Source of the DNA: Candidatus Methanomethylophilaceae archaeon
GTDB taxonomy: Archaea; Thermoplasmatota; Thermoplasmata; Methanomassiliicoccales; Methanomethylophilaceae
DNA: 64,000 bases
Reading direction: 5' to 3'
Assembly: GCA_050950505.1 (NCBI GenBank)
Contig: JBMNHS010000001.1
Coordinates: forward strand, 512,001-576,000
Of the stretch, positions 29,068 through 39,308 are shown in pieces. The notes below the pieces were generated by a model. It made no database searches and was not told the origin of the DNA. It was given only the letters and a program-made list of their open reading frames with translations. Each line of letters begins with the position of its first letter. Position 1 is the first letter of the stretch. Made by a program: the position numbers and the translations under genes.

Positions 29068-29574
29068 TCACTTACCGATCACGGTTTCACGGACTCTTCC
29101 GTAAAGTCCGGACACGTCGGCACCGATGGTTCTCAGAACCATCATGCCGGCGACTTCGATGTCCACGTCCAGTTTTTTCTGCATAAGGTTGCAGGCGGCG
29201 ATGTATCCTGCTCTTCTCATTCCCGATTTTTCGGCTATGGCCATCATCTCGGCGAATACGTTGTCTTCGGATTGCGGTGTTTCAACGGGTTTGGAATCCG
29301 CAGGAGTGCCGGCAATGCGTTTTACAAAATCCGGGGACGGTCGGTACGCCATGGGAACATCAACTTCGGAAATGTCAAATTTCGGTCTCAGGTATCCGTC
29401 CTTCAGCTCCAATATCCCCGCGGACTTCATCGCATTCACGAGAGCCCCCGCTTCCTTCACGGTCATCCATCTCAGATCCAGGGAAACACCCATGGTGAAT
29501 TCCTTTTCGGCGATGACGTCCCTGCCTTTGCTGCGGAAGAATGCCGCCGCGCATACAGTCATATCTTCAACCAT
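29068..29574 (-). CDS. DUF2240-like hypothetical protein
   Basis: EF...SLDLRW....A...P.FD...V.VP..YRP. Confidence 0.7.
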   Translation of the reverse strand: MVEDMTVCAAAFFRSKGRDVIAEKEFTMGVSLDLRWMTVKEAGALVNAMKSAGILELKDGYLRPKFDISEVDVPMAYRPSPDFVKRIAGTPADSKPVETPQSEDNVFAEMMAIAEKSGMRRAGYIAACNLMQKKLDVDIEVAGMMVLRTIGADVSGLYGRVRETVIGK

Positions 29575-29727
29575 TGCGACACCAAATCAATCTCTCCGAT
29601 ATTATCGTTACCCGTACATCTCTCGCGCGCGTGCGTTATTTGAGTTAAACTAACAATAAGAAAAGAGCTGTTTTTACAAAAGCTTTATATTGAGTTCCCT
29701 GATAGAGGGACATCCTGTGTGGTGAAC

Positions 29728-29898
29728 ATGAAATACACTAGATTCGAAAAAGCTAGGATTATCGGTTCGAGGGCGTTGCAGATTTCATATGGCGCTCCGG
29801 TTCTCGTAGATTATCCCGAGAAAATGATTGATCCAATCGACATTGCCATGCTGGAATACGATAATGACATGATTCCGATCACTGTCGTCAGGGAATAA
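29728..29898 (+). CDS. rpoK: DNA-directed RNA polymerase subunit K (Rpo6), 56 aa; below ORF-track cut-off
   Basis: [27 protein letters not shown]...PIDIAMLE....IPITV. Confidence 0.95.
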   Translation: MKYTRFEKARIIGSRALQISYGAPVLVDYPEKMIDPIDIAMLEYDNDMIPITVVRE

Positions 29899-29911
29899 GA
29901 GGCACATTTAC

Positions 29912-30535
29912 ATGAGCGATGAGGATATAATTACATTCGATGCCGATTTGTTGGTACCCGAAGACGTTTACCTTACGTCCGGAGTCCACATCGGAACGCA
30001 GCAGAAAAGCGCCGATATGAAGGATTTCATATTCAAGGTCAGACAGGACGGACTTTACGTTCTTGACGTCCAGAAGACGGACGAGAGAATAAGGGTCGCT
30101 GCCTCCATGATTGCACGCTATGATCCCAGGAGGGTTCTTGTGGTTTCGGCCAGGCAGTACGGTCAGAGACCTGCCAGGGAATTCTCCAGAGCCATCGGTG
30201 CACCCGCCTTTGCGGGGCGCTTCGTGCCCGGCACCCTCACAAACCCCGTTCACCCCGGTTACGTGGAGCCCGAAATCATACTCATGACGGATCCCGCCGC
30301 GGACAAACAGGCCCTCAATGAAGCGCTCAACCTGGGCGTTCCGATAATCGCCATGTGCGACGCGAACAACGAGACCCGCAACGTCGATTTGATTCTTCCC
30401 ACCAACAACAAGGGAAGGCGGGCGTTGGCCTGTGTGTATTGGCTCCTCACCCGCGAAGTGCTCTTGGCACGCGGCGATTTGAAGGATCCCGAAGATTTCA
30501 CCATGGAAATCGAAGATTTCGAAGCAAAGCTTTGA
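29912..30535 (+). CDS. rps2: 30S ribosomal protein S2
   Basis: [30 protein letters not shown]. Confidence 0.97.
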   Translation: MSDEDIITFDADLLVPEDVYLTSGVHIGTQQKSADMKDFIFKVRQDGLYVLDVQKTDERIRVAASMIARYDPRRVLVVSARQYGQRPAREFSRAIGAPAFAGRFVPGTLTNPVHPGYVEPEIILMTDPAADKQALNEALNLGVPIIAMCDANNETRNVDLILPTNNKGRRALACVYWLLTREVLLARGDLKDPEDFTMEIEDFEAKL

Positions 30536-30574
30536 TTACAAAACTTTTTTCACTCCAAACCTCTTCTTCATTTT

Positions 30575-31393
30575 ATGAGGTACCCTGTTGCAGCGGGCAG
30601 ATTCTATTCTTCCGACCGTAACGGTCTGATCAGGGATATTGAGTACTGTTTTTCCCATAAGATAGGTCCCGGCCTGCCCGGGGAAGAGGGTAGCGGCAGG
30701 TCTGTCGTCTCCGCTGTGGCGCCTCACGCGGGATACATGGTCTCAGGCATGAACGCCGCCCATACCTTCAAGAAAATCAAAGAGGACGGATTGCCGGACA
30801 CTTATGTCATCATCGGTCCCGACCATCAGGGTGTTCCCTTTGACTTTGTGATGTGTTCTTCGGATTACCTTACGCCATTGGGTCCTTGCAAAACGGACTC
30901 GGAACTCGTCAAAGATTTTAACGGTATGATTCCCGACAGCCCGGGCGCCCATGCGTACGAGCATTCCATAGAAGTCCAGATTCCCTTCATCCAATACATT
31001 GATCCGGATCCGAAGATACTGCCGATAATAATGTCGAGACAGGACAAAGCAACCGCCCGCAGACTCGGAGAGATTCTCAAAGCCGTCTGCAGTGACCGTG
31101 ACGTGATCGTGCTGGCATCCAGCGACCTTTCCCATTATATTCCGAAGAAGAAAGCCACAAACCTGGACTCCCTGATTCTTGACAACATACTCAAGCTGGA
31201 TCCCGAAGGAATCTTCGATGTTGTGAGATCTGAAAGAATATCGGCCTGCGGATACGGCCCCATAGCCACATCTATTATTGCGACGGATCCCGGAAGGGCG
31301 GAAATCCTGAAATATTCCGATTCATACGACTCTCTCGGAAGGGATCCGGACGGTGTCGTCGGTTACGCCTCGGCCGTAATGTACAGAAAATGA
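30575..31393 (+). CDS. MEMO1/AmmeMemoRadiSam protein B family
   Basis: VAAGRFY, PHAGY, GPDH, EHSIEVQIPF, SSDLSHY, CGYGP, VVGY. Confidence 0.92.
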   Translation: MRYPVAAGRFYSSDRNGLIRDIEYCFSHKIGPGLPGEEGSGRSVVSAVAPHAGYMVSGMNAAHTFKKIKEDGLPDTYVIIGPDHQGVPFDFVMCSSDYLTPLGPCKTDSELVKDFNGMIPDSPGAHAYEHSIEVQIPFIQYIDPDPKILPIIMSRQDKATARRLGEILKAVCSDRDVIVLASSDLSHYIPKKKATNLDSLILDNILKLDPEGIFDVVRSERISACGYGPIATSIIATDPGRAEILKYSDSYDSLGRDPDGVVGYASAVMYRK

Positions 31394-31418
31394 AAGTTAA
31401 AAGGTTTGAAAACAAATC

Positions 31419-32318
31419 TCAGTAAGGGATGTGCTTGAGTCTTCTCAGGTCGGGCTCGTAAATCAAACCCTTGTCCATCAGAGCATCGGAGATTTCTTCG
31501 AGTTCGTTGGCGGATATTCCTTCCGCTTCCGCGGCTCTTTCCACTTCGTCCCTCGGGGCACCCTTGTCGTCACGGTCCAACTCGATGATTATGTTGAGAA
31601 CCGTGTCCTCCATGTCTTGGCGTTCCGCCACGTTCTGAACGGGTTCGATGTCGAATTCATCCGGACCGACATCTTCGGGGAATCCGAAATCGATGTTGCT
31701 GTCGGGCAGAAGCATCCTGAGGGCGTTCTGAAGGAGTTTTATGTAAGTTGATGACTCGGGCATTCCATACTGGCTCAGTGCGGTGTTTATTCCGGTGGCT
31801 TCACTTTCCGAGAATCCCGCGTCAATCAGTTCCTTTTCGGAAGTGCTGTTGACGGCAATGGCTTTCTTCATTCTGAGCAGGCGTTCCCACAGGGATTCGG
31901 CCGCACTGAGAATCCATTGCATTCTGACCTCTTCGGAAACTTCCACGATGGTTTCGGGTCTGACGGATACGAAAACACGTCCGTCGTCGGCCGTGTACGT
32001 TCTGACTTTGCCCACCACCGCGACGTATGAAGGCGCTTCCAAATCGGCCATCGTTGCGGCGGCTTCCGGCTGGTATTTTCCCACGTTGATGAAGAAATTT
32101 CCCGAAACGTCCTGTATCCTGCCTCTCCATAGGGGTTCTTCTTCGCTGCCGACGTTTTCCTTCTCGGTGAGGACTCCGACAATCAGAACCCGGTTGACAA
32201 CGGATCCCAACTTCGTTATGACGTAGAAGGGAGACATCTCATCGTCCCCTTTCATGGTGGCGGAAGAACCGTTCAGTTCGTTGGCGAACAGCCTCCACGC
32301 CGTCTCTCTGGCATTCAT
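31419..32318 (-). CDS. RPA-associated OB-fold protein with C-terminal winged helix
   Basis: RETAWRLFA.E, NRVLIVGVLTE, VAVVGK, VRPE, G.IYEP; coupled to rpa. Confidence 0.8.
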   Translation of the reverse strand: MNARETAWRLFANELNGSSATMKGDDEMSPFYVITKLGSVVNRVLIVGVLTEKENVGSEEEPLWRGRIQDVSGNFFINVGKYQPEAAATMADLEAPSYVAVVGKVRTYTADDGRVFVSVRPETIVEVSEEVRMQWILSAAESLWERLLRMKKAIAVNSTSEKELIDAGFSESEATGINTALSQYGMPESSTYIKLLQNALRMLLPDSNIDFGFPEDVGPDEFDIEPVQNVAERQDMEDTVLNIIIELDRDDKGAPRDEVERAAEAEGISANELEEISDALMDKGLIYEPDLRRLKHIPY

Positions 32319-33634
32319 ATGGATTCCTCCACGGTTTTAAGGAGTTTCTCGGCCTTTGCAGTCACATCCTCCTGTATAAGTTCGGCATCGCTGACTATCA
32401 TCATGGGTCCGTACTCGTCACTTAGGACGTTTCCGGTCATGGACACTCTTTTGATTATGATTTTCTGAGTCATCTCGGCGGTGACCGGTTCCGTGCTTCC
32501 TCTGGCTTTGGCCAGTCCTTCGACGGCCCCCAAGGTGGTGCCGGTCAGTTTTTCCGTGAGTTCGCGGTTGATGATGGCGCTTATCGCACCCGTGCCGTCG
32601 TCAACGGTCAATTTCAGTCTGAGATCCATCACGGGTTCGACTTTTCCGTGTGCTTGGCATTCGCCGTTGAAAATGGATCTGTTGCATTCGGGACATCTTT
32701 CGATGAGCCCGCTTCCGCGTCTCACATCGACAACGGCTCCGACGATGTTTATGTCGAGTCCGCCGCCGGTCTTCACAATGTCGCCGATGGACTTTGTGAC
32801 CACTCCGTCGGATATGGGTCCGAAAGTATCGTCGACCCTGCTGACTTCGCCTCTGTCTCCGATGTTGAGCTGGGGGATTCCCCTCCAGCTGCGGATGTAT
32901 CCGTTTTTGATGCAAACGGTCTCACCCTCCTTAAAGTCAAAATCATTCCAGGCGGAATATTGGATTTTTCCCGTGTCGTCGGCAATCACTCCGGCGTAAA
33001 CGGTCTTCGGCTCGCCTTTGACGGTAACGTTCCGTTCTTCGGTGGAAAGTATCCTGCCGGTGACGGTAACGTTTCCCATGCCTCCGGTAATCTGTCCGAT
33101 TTTGCATTCGGAAGCTTCCATTGTAATTACCCGGTCGGGAACGTCAATGGTTTCGCCTTCTGCGGTTTCGATGGAACCTCTGGCACCCATATTAATCTGG
33201 ACTTTATCGTTCCAAAGTTTGGTGTAGGCATTCCTGAACCAATAGATGGAACCCTTTTCAATCCTGGTTTCCTGTTTTTCCCACAGCGTGAAAGAAGCGG
33301 TGCCGGTTTCGTCACCGACGATTCCGGAAGTGATTGTCTTCGGCTGTCCTCTCACGGTAATGTCTTTATCTTCAACGTAAACAATTCTGACCAAAAGATC
33401 TACGCTTTGTTCGTTACCTGTCAATTCGCCTATTTTCTTGACGACGGAGGTTCGGAAAGGCGTAGGTTCTGAAACGCCGTATTTGCGCAATATTCCTCGT
33501 TTGGCTGCATCGGGAGCTATATGGAATTCCAGGACGTATCTCCTCAATTCGGCCATGATTTCTGAATCGTCGACCTTATCTTGCAGCACCCTTTTCAGTT
33601 CTTCAAAATGGGGTGTTAGTTCTTCTTCGCTCAT
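32315..33634 (-). CDS. Replication protein A (multiple OB folds + Zn finger)
   Basis: GDETG, ADDTG, CPEC...CQAH, DDGTG. Confidence 0.9.
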   Translation of the reverse strand: MSEEELTPHFEELKRVLQDKVDDSEIMAELRRYVLEFHIAPDAAKRGILRKYGVSEPTPFRTSVVKKIGELTGNEQSVDLLVRIVYVEDKDITVRGQPKTITSGIVGDETGTASFTLWEKQETRIEKGSIYWFRNAYTKLWNDKVQINMGARGSIETAEGETIDVPDRVITMEASECKIGQITGGMGNVTVTGRILSTEERNVTVKGEPKTVYAGVIADDTGKIQYSAWNDFDFKEGETVCIKNGYIRSWRGIPQLNIGDRGEVSRVDDTFGPISDGVVTKSIGDIVKTGGGLDINIVGAVVDVRRGSGLIERCPECNRSIFNGECQAHGKVEPVMDLRLKLTVDDGTGAISAIINRELTEKLTGTTLGAVEGLAKARGSTEPVTAEMTQKIIIKRVSMTGNVLSDEYGPMMIVSDAELIQEDVTAKAEKLLKTVEESI

Positions 33635-33781
33635 TTTTATCGACCTCGTTTAACGCGGCGTAAACGTTTACGGGGTCACCATATAAAATAGTACACAAGG
33701 GGTGGGCCGAATCGACCGAATCAGGAAAAGAAAAATTCGGTCGTAACCTAATCTTTAAATGTATCAGTGCAATAATAGGAT

Positions 33782-34855
33782 ATGGTTCCTAAAAAGAAGA
33801 TCGACGAAATCATCGACGGATACGATCCCTCGGAGATTACCATTGCGACCCTCTGTTCCCATTCTTCGCTTCAGATCTTCCACGGTGCCCGCAAAATGGG
33901 TTTCAATACCTTGGGCCTGACCGTCACTCACGACACCAAATATTACGACGCGTTTCCTTTGGCAAAACCCGATGAAATCCTCAGATACCGTGATTTCGAC
34001 GATATGAACGAAAGAATCGGGGAGCTTCACGACAGAAACGCCGTGCTGATACCCCACGGTTCTTTCGTGGAATACATGGGTTCCGAAAGATTCGAGGATT
34101 TCGAAGTCCCCTCTTACGGGAACAGAAGAGTTTTGTCCTGGGAATCCAACAGGGAAATGCAGAGGGAATGGATCACTTCCGCGGGAGTTCCCATGCCCCG
34201 TCTGATATCGGATGCCAGGGAAATACGGGAGCCGGTGATGGTGAAGTATCACGGAGCCAAAGGAGGAAGGGGATTCTTCATAGCCAAGGATTACCCCGAC
34301 TTCAAAATGTCCATAGACAATACCCAGCCGTACACGATACAGGAGTACTGCCTGGGAACCAGATATTACATTCACTACTTCTACGATCAGAACAAAAAGG
34401 ACGGCTACCTCTGCGACAACGGCGGATCTCTGGAACTGATGTCCATGGACCGTCGCGACGAAAGCAACATCGACGAATTGTACAAACTCGGTTCCACCGA
34501 GGATTTGAAGAGACACGGATTGTATCCTTCTTTCGTGGTCACGGGAAACACCCCCGTCGTTTTGAGGGAATCCCTGTTGCCCAAAGCTTTGGAGATGGGA
34601 CAGCTCGTCATCGACAGAGCTTTTGAAATGTTCGGAGGCATATGGGGCCCCTTCTGTCTGGAAACCGTTGTAAGCGACACTTTGAATTTCAAGGTCTTCG
34701 AAGTTTCCGCGAGAATCGTTGCGGGAACCAATCCGTTCATCACCGGATCTCCTTATGCGGATTTGATTTACCCCGGACTGAGCACCGGCGGACGCATGGC
34801 ACTCGACATTAAACAAGCGGCGGAAAGCAACAACCTAAAGTCGATTCTGACATAA
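33782..34855 (+). CDS. purP: Formate-dependent AICAR formyltransferase (FAICAR synthetase) PurP
   Basis: TLCSHSSLQI, PHGSFVEY, AKGGRG, DRRDESNID, GPFCLE, SARIVAGTN. Confidence 0.92.
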   Translation: MVPKKKIDEIIDGYDPSEITIATLCSHSSLQIFHGARKMGFNTLGLTVTHDTKYYDAFPLAKPDEILRYRDFDDMNERIGELHDRNAVLIPHGSFVEYMGSERFEDFEVPSYGNRRVLSWESNREMQREWITSAGVPMPRLISDAREIREPVMVKYHGAKGGRGFFIAKDYPDFKMSIDNTQPYTIQEYCLGTRYYIHYFYDQNKKDGYLCDNGGSLELMSMDRRDESNIDELYKLGSTEDLKRHGLYPSFVVTGNTPVVLRESLLPKALEMGQLVIDRAFEMFGGIWGPFCLETVVSDTLNFKVFEVSARIVAGTNPFITGSPYADLIYPGLSTGGRMALDIKQAAESNNLKSILT

Positions 34856-34913
34856 TCTGCGGTCACATTATTATATCTTCAAACGATAGGGTTCAGCTAC
34901 CGAGAGGCGTCAC

Positions 34914-36068
34914 ATGGTATCGCAAAGGCTTCAGAACGTTCCCGCATCAGGCACTGTAGCTATTTCCAACAAGGTCAGCAGATTGAAAGCAGAGGGTCAG
35001 GACATCATTTCTTTTTCGATGGGAGAGCCTGATTTCACCACTCCGCTCAACATAATCGACGCCTGCAAAGAGTCGATGGACAACGGATTCACCCACTATA
35101 CCCCCTCCCTCGGAATACCTGAGTTGAGACGTGCCGTGGCGGAGTCCGCACACAATGAAAACAACATACCGTGCAGAGGTGCCAACGTGTTAATCACACC
35201 CGCCAAACAAGCCATATTCATGACCTGTCTGGCATATCTGGATCCTGACGACGAAGTCCTGCTTCCCAACCCCGCATGGGTGTCTTATGAAGCGTGTATC
35301 CGATTGGCGGGAGCCGTTCCTGTTTTTGTGCCGACCTACTTTGAAGACGGATTTGTCATAGACCCGGCCATGCTGGAAGCCGCAATCACGCCAAAGACGA
35401 AGATGATGATCATCAATTCTCCCTGCAACCCCACCGGTTGCGTGATACCCGACAACGTTCTCAGGGAACTGGTTTCGATTGCCGAGGCTCATGACATAAT
35501 GATACTTTCCGACGAGATTTACGAGAAGGTGATTTATGACGGAAAACACATTTCTCCCGCTTCGCTTCCCGACACCTTCGACCGGACGATAACCGTATCC
35601 GGGCTTTCCAAGACATATGCCATGACGGGATGGAGAATGGGGTGGGCCATCGCCAACGAAGAAGCGATTTCCAACCTCAACAAACTGCAGTCCCATTCCA
35701 TATCCTGTTGCGTTTCTTTTGCCCAGCAGGCATCCATAGAAGCCATAAAGGGAGACCAGGAACAGAAAAACAGGTTCATCAAGGAATTCAAGGAAAGAAG
35801 AGATTTGACAATCGATCTCATAGGCGAAATCAAAGGTCTCGACGTCAACGTTCCCCAGGGGGCGTTCTATCTGTTCCCGAAATACAGCGCGGACATCAAG
35901 TCAAGCAAGCTCGTAACCATGCTTTTGGAAGAGGCCCATGTGGCGATGACCCCCGGCTCCGCTTTCGGTCCCGCAGGGGAGGGATTCTTCAGAATGTCCT
36001 ATGCCACGGGCGAAGACCAAATCCGCGAAGGATTGGACAGGGTCAAGAAATTCTTCGCGAACCTGTAA
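34914..36068 (+). CDS. Class I PLP-dependent (aspartate) aminotransferase
   Basis: GEPDF, NSPCNPTG, DEIY, SKTYAMTGWRMG. Confidence 0.93.
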   Translation: MVSQRLQNVPASGTVAISNKVSRLKAEGQDIISFSMGEPDFTTPLNIIDACKESMDNGFTHYTPSLGIPELRRAVAESAHNENNIPCRGANVLITPAKQAIFMTCLAYLDPDDEVLLPNPAWVSYEACIRLAGAVPVFVPTYFEDGFVIDPAMLEAAITPKTKMMIINSPCNPTGCVIPDNVLRELVSIAEAHDIMILSDEIYEKVIYDGKHISPASLPDTFDRTITVSGLSKTYAMTGWRMGWAIANEEAISNLNKLQSHSISCCVSFAQQASIEAIKGDQEQKNRFIKEFKERRDLTIDLIGEIKGLDVNVPQGAFYLFPKYSADIKSSKLVTMLLEEAHVAMTPGSAFGPAGEGFFRMSYATGEDQIREGLDRVKKFFANL

Positions 36069-36150
36069 ACTTGCCGTCAAGATAAATATAGGTTGAAGAT
36101 ATAGCCGTATTGCTCCTCGTCCTATACCGTGAGGGGCAGAGGGATTCCGT

Positions 36151-37221
36151 TTGAACAGAAAACTTTTCACAGTAGGCCCTGTCAACGTAGAGCCTGAAGT
36201 GCTTGAAGTCATGACAAAGCCAATCATAACGCACAGATCCAAAGAATACAAACTTCTCCACGGTTCCATTGTGGAAATGATCCGTAAGGCACTGAGTACG
36301 GACATGGATGTTTTTATGGTAGGAGGTTCGGCATCCGCAATGATTGAAGGCGCTATGCGAAACGGCATATCCCGCAAGTCACTGGGTATAAGCGGAGGAT
36401 CCTTCGGGGACAGATCTTCGGAGATCGCGGAACTGAACGGAAAGACCGTCACTAAGATAGAAGTCCCTCTTGGAAAGGCGATTCTTCCCGAACACATCGA
36501 AGGGAAAGTCAAAGAAGACATCGAAGCTGTCCACTGGGTCAGCAACGAATCTTCCACCGGGGTGTTTTGTGATTCCACGGCGATAGCGAACGAAGTCCGC
36601 AACCAGAACCCCGACGCTCTGACGGTAATAGACGCGGTGACTTCCGCCTTCGCAATGGATCTTGACATGAAAAATCTGGAACCGGATGCGTTGGTGTTCG
36701 GTACCCAGAAAGCTCTGGCATTGCCCCCGGGACTGGGACTGATGGTATGTTCCGAGCGACTTTTGAAGAAGGCCGAATCCGTGGAGAACCGCGGATTTTA
36801 CACGGACTTGCTGAAAATCAAAAAACAAAGCGACGTGGATTATGCATTGACCACGCCGCCGGTATCGTTGATGTATGCTTTGGAGTTCCAGTTGGAGAGA
36901 ATCCTCAAAGAAGGCATGCCAGCCAGATACAGGCGCCATCAGGACATGGCGGATCTTGTAAGGAATTGGGCCGACAGCAGACTCAACGGCATATTCCCCG
37001 AGAAAGGGGTACGGTCGAACACCATCGGTGTTCTGAACCGCGGAGACCTGGACTTCAATGCGTTCCATTCCGCCCTGAAAGACAAAGGATTTGAGATATC
37101 CAACGGCTACGGCGGCGTCAAGGAAAAAACATTCAGGATCGGGCACATGGGAGATCTCACGCCGGAAAGAGTCAAAGGTCTTCTGGGGGCCATGGATGAA
37201 ATTTTGGAGGTAACGGAATGA
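36151..37221 (+). CDS. Class V aminotransferase (archaeal phosphoserine/serine-pyruvate type), TTG start
   Basis: GPV, HRS, NESSTG, DAVTS, GTQKALALPPG, FRIGHMG; coupled to serA. Confidence 0.9.
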   Translation: MNRKLFTVGPVNVEPEVLEVMTKPIITHRSKEYKLLHGSIVEMIRKALSTDMDVFMVGGSASAMIEGAMRNGISRKSLGISGGSFGDRSSEIAELNGKTVTKIEVPLGKAILPEHIEGKVKEDIEAVHWVSNESSTGVFCDSTAIANEVRNQNPDALTVIDAVTSAFAMDLDMKNLEPDALVFGTQKALALPPGLGLMVCSERLLKKAESVENRGFYTDLLKIKKQSDVDYALTTPPVSLMYALEFQLERILKEGMPARYRRHQDMADLVRNWADSRLNGIFPEKGVRSNTIGVLNRGDLDFNAFHSALKDKGFEISNGYGGVKEKTFRIGHMGDLTPERVKGLLGAMDEILEVTE

Positions 37222-38804
37222 ACAAAATCCTAGTTTCAGACTCTCTCAGCGAAGAGGGACTGGCAATTCTGAGAGAATCCGGGTTTCCGGTTGATGAAAA
37301 AACCGGTCTCACCGAAGACGAGCTTTGCGAAATCATGGGCGATTATGAATGCCTTATTGTGAGGTCCGGCACCAAGGTCACCAAAAAAGTGATTGAAGCC
37401 GGAACCAAGCTGAGAGTGATAGGGCGAGCCGGAGTGGGTGTCGACAACATCGACATACCCGCGGCAACCGAAAAAGGCATTCTGGTAATGAACACGCCTT
37501 CCGCGAACATTCTGTCCGCGGCGGAACACACCTGTGCGATGCTCATGTCCCTGGCAAGAAACGTTCCTTTTGCTCACGTTTCGATGCACAAGGGAGAATG
37601 GAAACGTTCAAAATACACCGGAGTGGAATTGGCAGGAAAGACACTGGGTATCATCGGCGTCGGAAGAGTTGGAGGCGAAGTCGCCAAACGCATGAAAGCT
37701 TTCGATATGACCTTGATAGGATACGATCCCTTCCTTCCGAAGGAAGTCGCGGAGGGAATCGGAGTGCGTCTGACCACACTTGAAGAAGTCCTTGTCGAAT
37801 CGGACTTCATGACAATACACACACCTTTGCTTCCCGATACAAAGAACATGATTTCCACCGAACAGTTCAACATGATGAAACCCAACGCAAGATTCATCAA
37901 CGTCGCCCGCGGCGGAGTGGTGGATGAGGAAGCCTTGTATGTTGCGTTGAAGAACAATGTAATTGCCGGAGCCGCCTTTGACGTATGGTGCGAAGAACCT
38001 CTGTGCGAAGCCGAACAGAAACTTCTGGAACTTGAAAATCTGATCACCACGCCCCACTTGGGAGCCAGCACTGTGGAAGCACAGGAACGTGTGGCGACGG
38101 AAATTGCGGAAGCGGCAATCAAATTCCTTCGGGACGGAATGATAACGAACGCAATCAACGCACCCAGAGGAAAACTCGACCCGGAAACCGAACAGTATGT
38201 GCCTTTGGCCGAACGCATGGGCGTTCTGGCTCATCAGCTCAACGGAAATCTGCCCATCAAAGATCTGGAAATCGTTTACAGCGGAGATCTTGCGAGCAAA
38301 CAGACCAAAATCCTTACGATTTACACCGTTATGGGAGTACTCAAGAACATCATCGGTCCCGGAAGAGCCAATACAATTAACACCATGGCCATTGCAAAAG
38401 GCAAAGGGATCAACATCAAAGAAACATCCACTGCGGAAGCCAAAGACTACACTAATATAATTGAAGTCAGAACGACCGTCGGAAACACCACCCGTTCCAT
38501 ACGGGGAACCGTGTTCGGCGGTCAGCCGAGACTCGTGGGCATCGACGAATACAGTTTCGAAGTCCCCATGTCGGGAGACATGGTCTACATCAGATACAAA
38601 GATGCCCCCGGAATGATCGGAAAAATCGGCACGGCCATGGGCAAATCGGGAATAAACATAGCTCAGATGGCCGTCGGAAGAACGAATGAGAATGCTTTGA
38701 TGATTCTCATCGTGGATCAGGACGTTGAAGCAGACGTCCTCAAAAACGTTATGAAAGTGTCCGGTGCCGAAGACGCAAAGTTTATTGACTTGGTGGAGAA
38801 CTGA
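37218..38804 (+). CDS. serA: D-3-phosphoglycerate dehydrogenase
   Basis: GRAGVGVDN, GVGRVG, NVARGG, PHLGAST, ASB and ACT domains. Confidence 0.95.
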   Translation: MNKILVSDSLSEEGLAILRESGFPVDEKTGLTEDELCEIMGDYECLIVRSGTKVTKKVIEAGTKLRVIGRAGVGVDNIDIPAATEKGILVMNTPSANILSAAEHTCAMLMSLARNVPFAHVSMHKGEWKRSKYTGVELAGKTLGIIGVGRVGGEVAKRMKAFDMTLIGYDPFLPKEVAEGIGVRLTTLEEVLVESDFMTIHTPLLPDTKNMISTEQFNMMKPNARFINVARGGVVDEEALYVALKNNVIAGAAFDVWCEEPLCEAEQKLLELENLITTPHLGASTVEAQERVATEIAEAAIKFLRDGMITNAINAPRGKLDPETEQYVPLAERMGVLAHQLNGNLPIKDLEIVYSGDLASKQTKILTIYTVMGVLKNIIGPGRANTINTMAIAKGKGINIKETSTAEAKDYTNIIEVRTTVGNTTRSIRGTVFGGQPRLVGIDEYSFEVPMSGDMVYIRYKDAPGMIGKIGTAMGKSGINIAQMAVGRTNENALMILIVDQDVEADVLKNVMKVSGAEDAKFIDLVEN

Positions 38805-38817
38805 AGGAGGAGCATTA

Positions 38818-39225
38818 ATGAACGTCATAATCACCGTCGATGAACTTACACAGGCGATAGTGAACGCCATACGCGAAGAGAGAATGATGATGGAAGAAGA
38901 GCAAGCCTATCACCAGGCTCTTCACGTGCTGAACTTTTTTGGCTACTCCGACAGAATAATCGATAACATTCTGGAGCCTCAGGACCGTGATACGTTCTAT
39001 ATGCTCGAAGACAAGGGAATTCTGACCACCGAAAGGGAAGAAACCACGCTGTATGACGGAAGGGAGTGGAGAATTCACTACTGGCTCTTCAGAAAAAACA
39101 GAATCGAAGAGTTAATCGAGGCAGAAGATCCCGAAGAACAGGAAGACGAATCCGAAGGGAACATCTACGATAACCTGTCTGACGAAGTCTGGGTAAGGGC
39201 CTCCGAAGAAGACGGCGAAGAGTGA
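38818..39225 (+). CDS. Conserved hypothetical protein (DUF6015-like)
   Basis: AGGAGG SD, ATG 38818; FFGYSDRIIDN.L...DR..FY.LED, GREWRIHYW. Confidence 0.75.
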   Translation: MNVIITVDELTQAIVNAIREERMMMEEEQAYHQALHVLNFFGYSDRIIDNILEPQDRDTFYMLEDKGILTTEREETTLYDGREWRIHYWLFRKNRIEELIEAEDPEEQEDESEGNIYDNLSDEVWVRASEEDGEE

Positions 39226-39308
39226 TTCTTCCCTAAGAGCCCAATCCGCAAAAACGTCTCAAGAATTGAGCCAATAACACTTTTTACCTCCATGAGGGTT
39301 ACCCCTTC

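Noticed and set aside
33713-33743. 9-bp inverted repeat between rpa and purP promoters
   Set aside because: No similarity to other pur upstream elements; not enough support for a call
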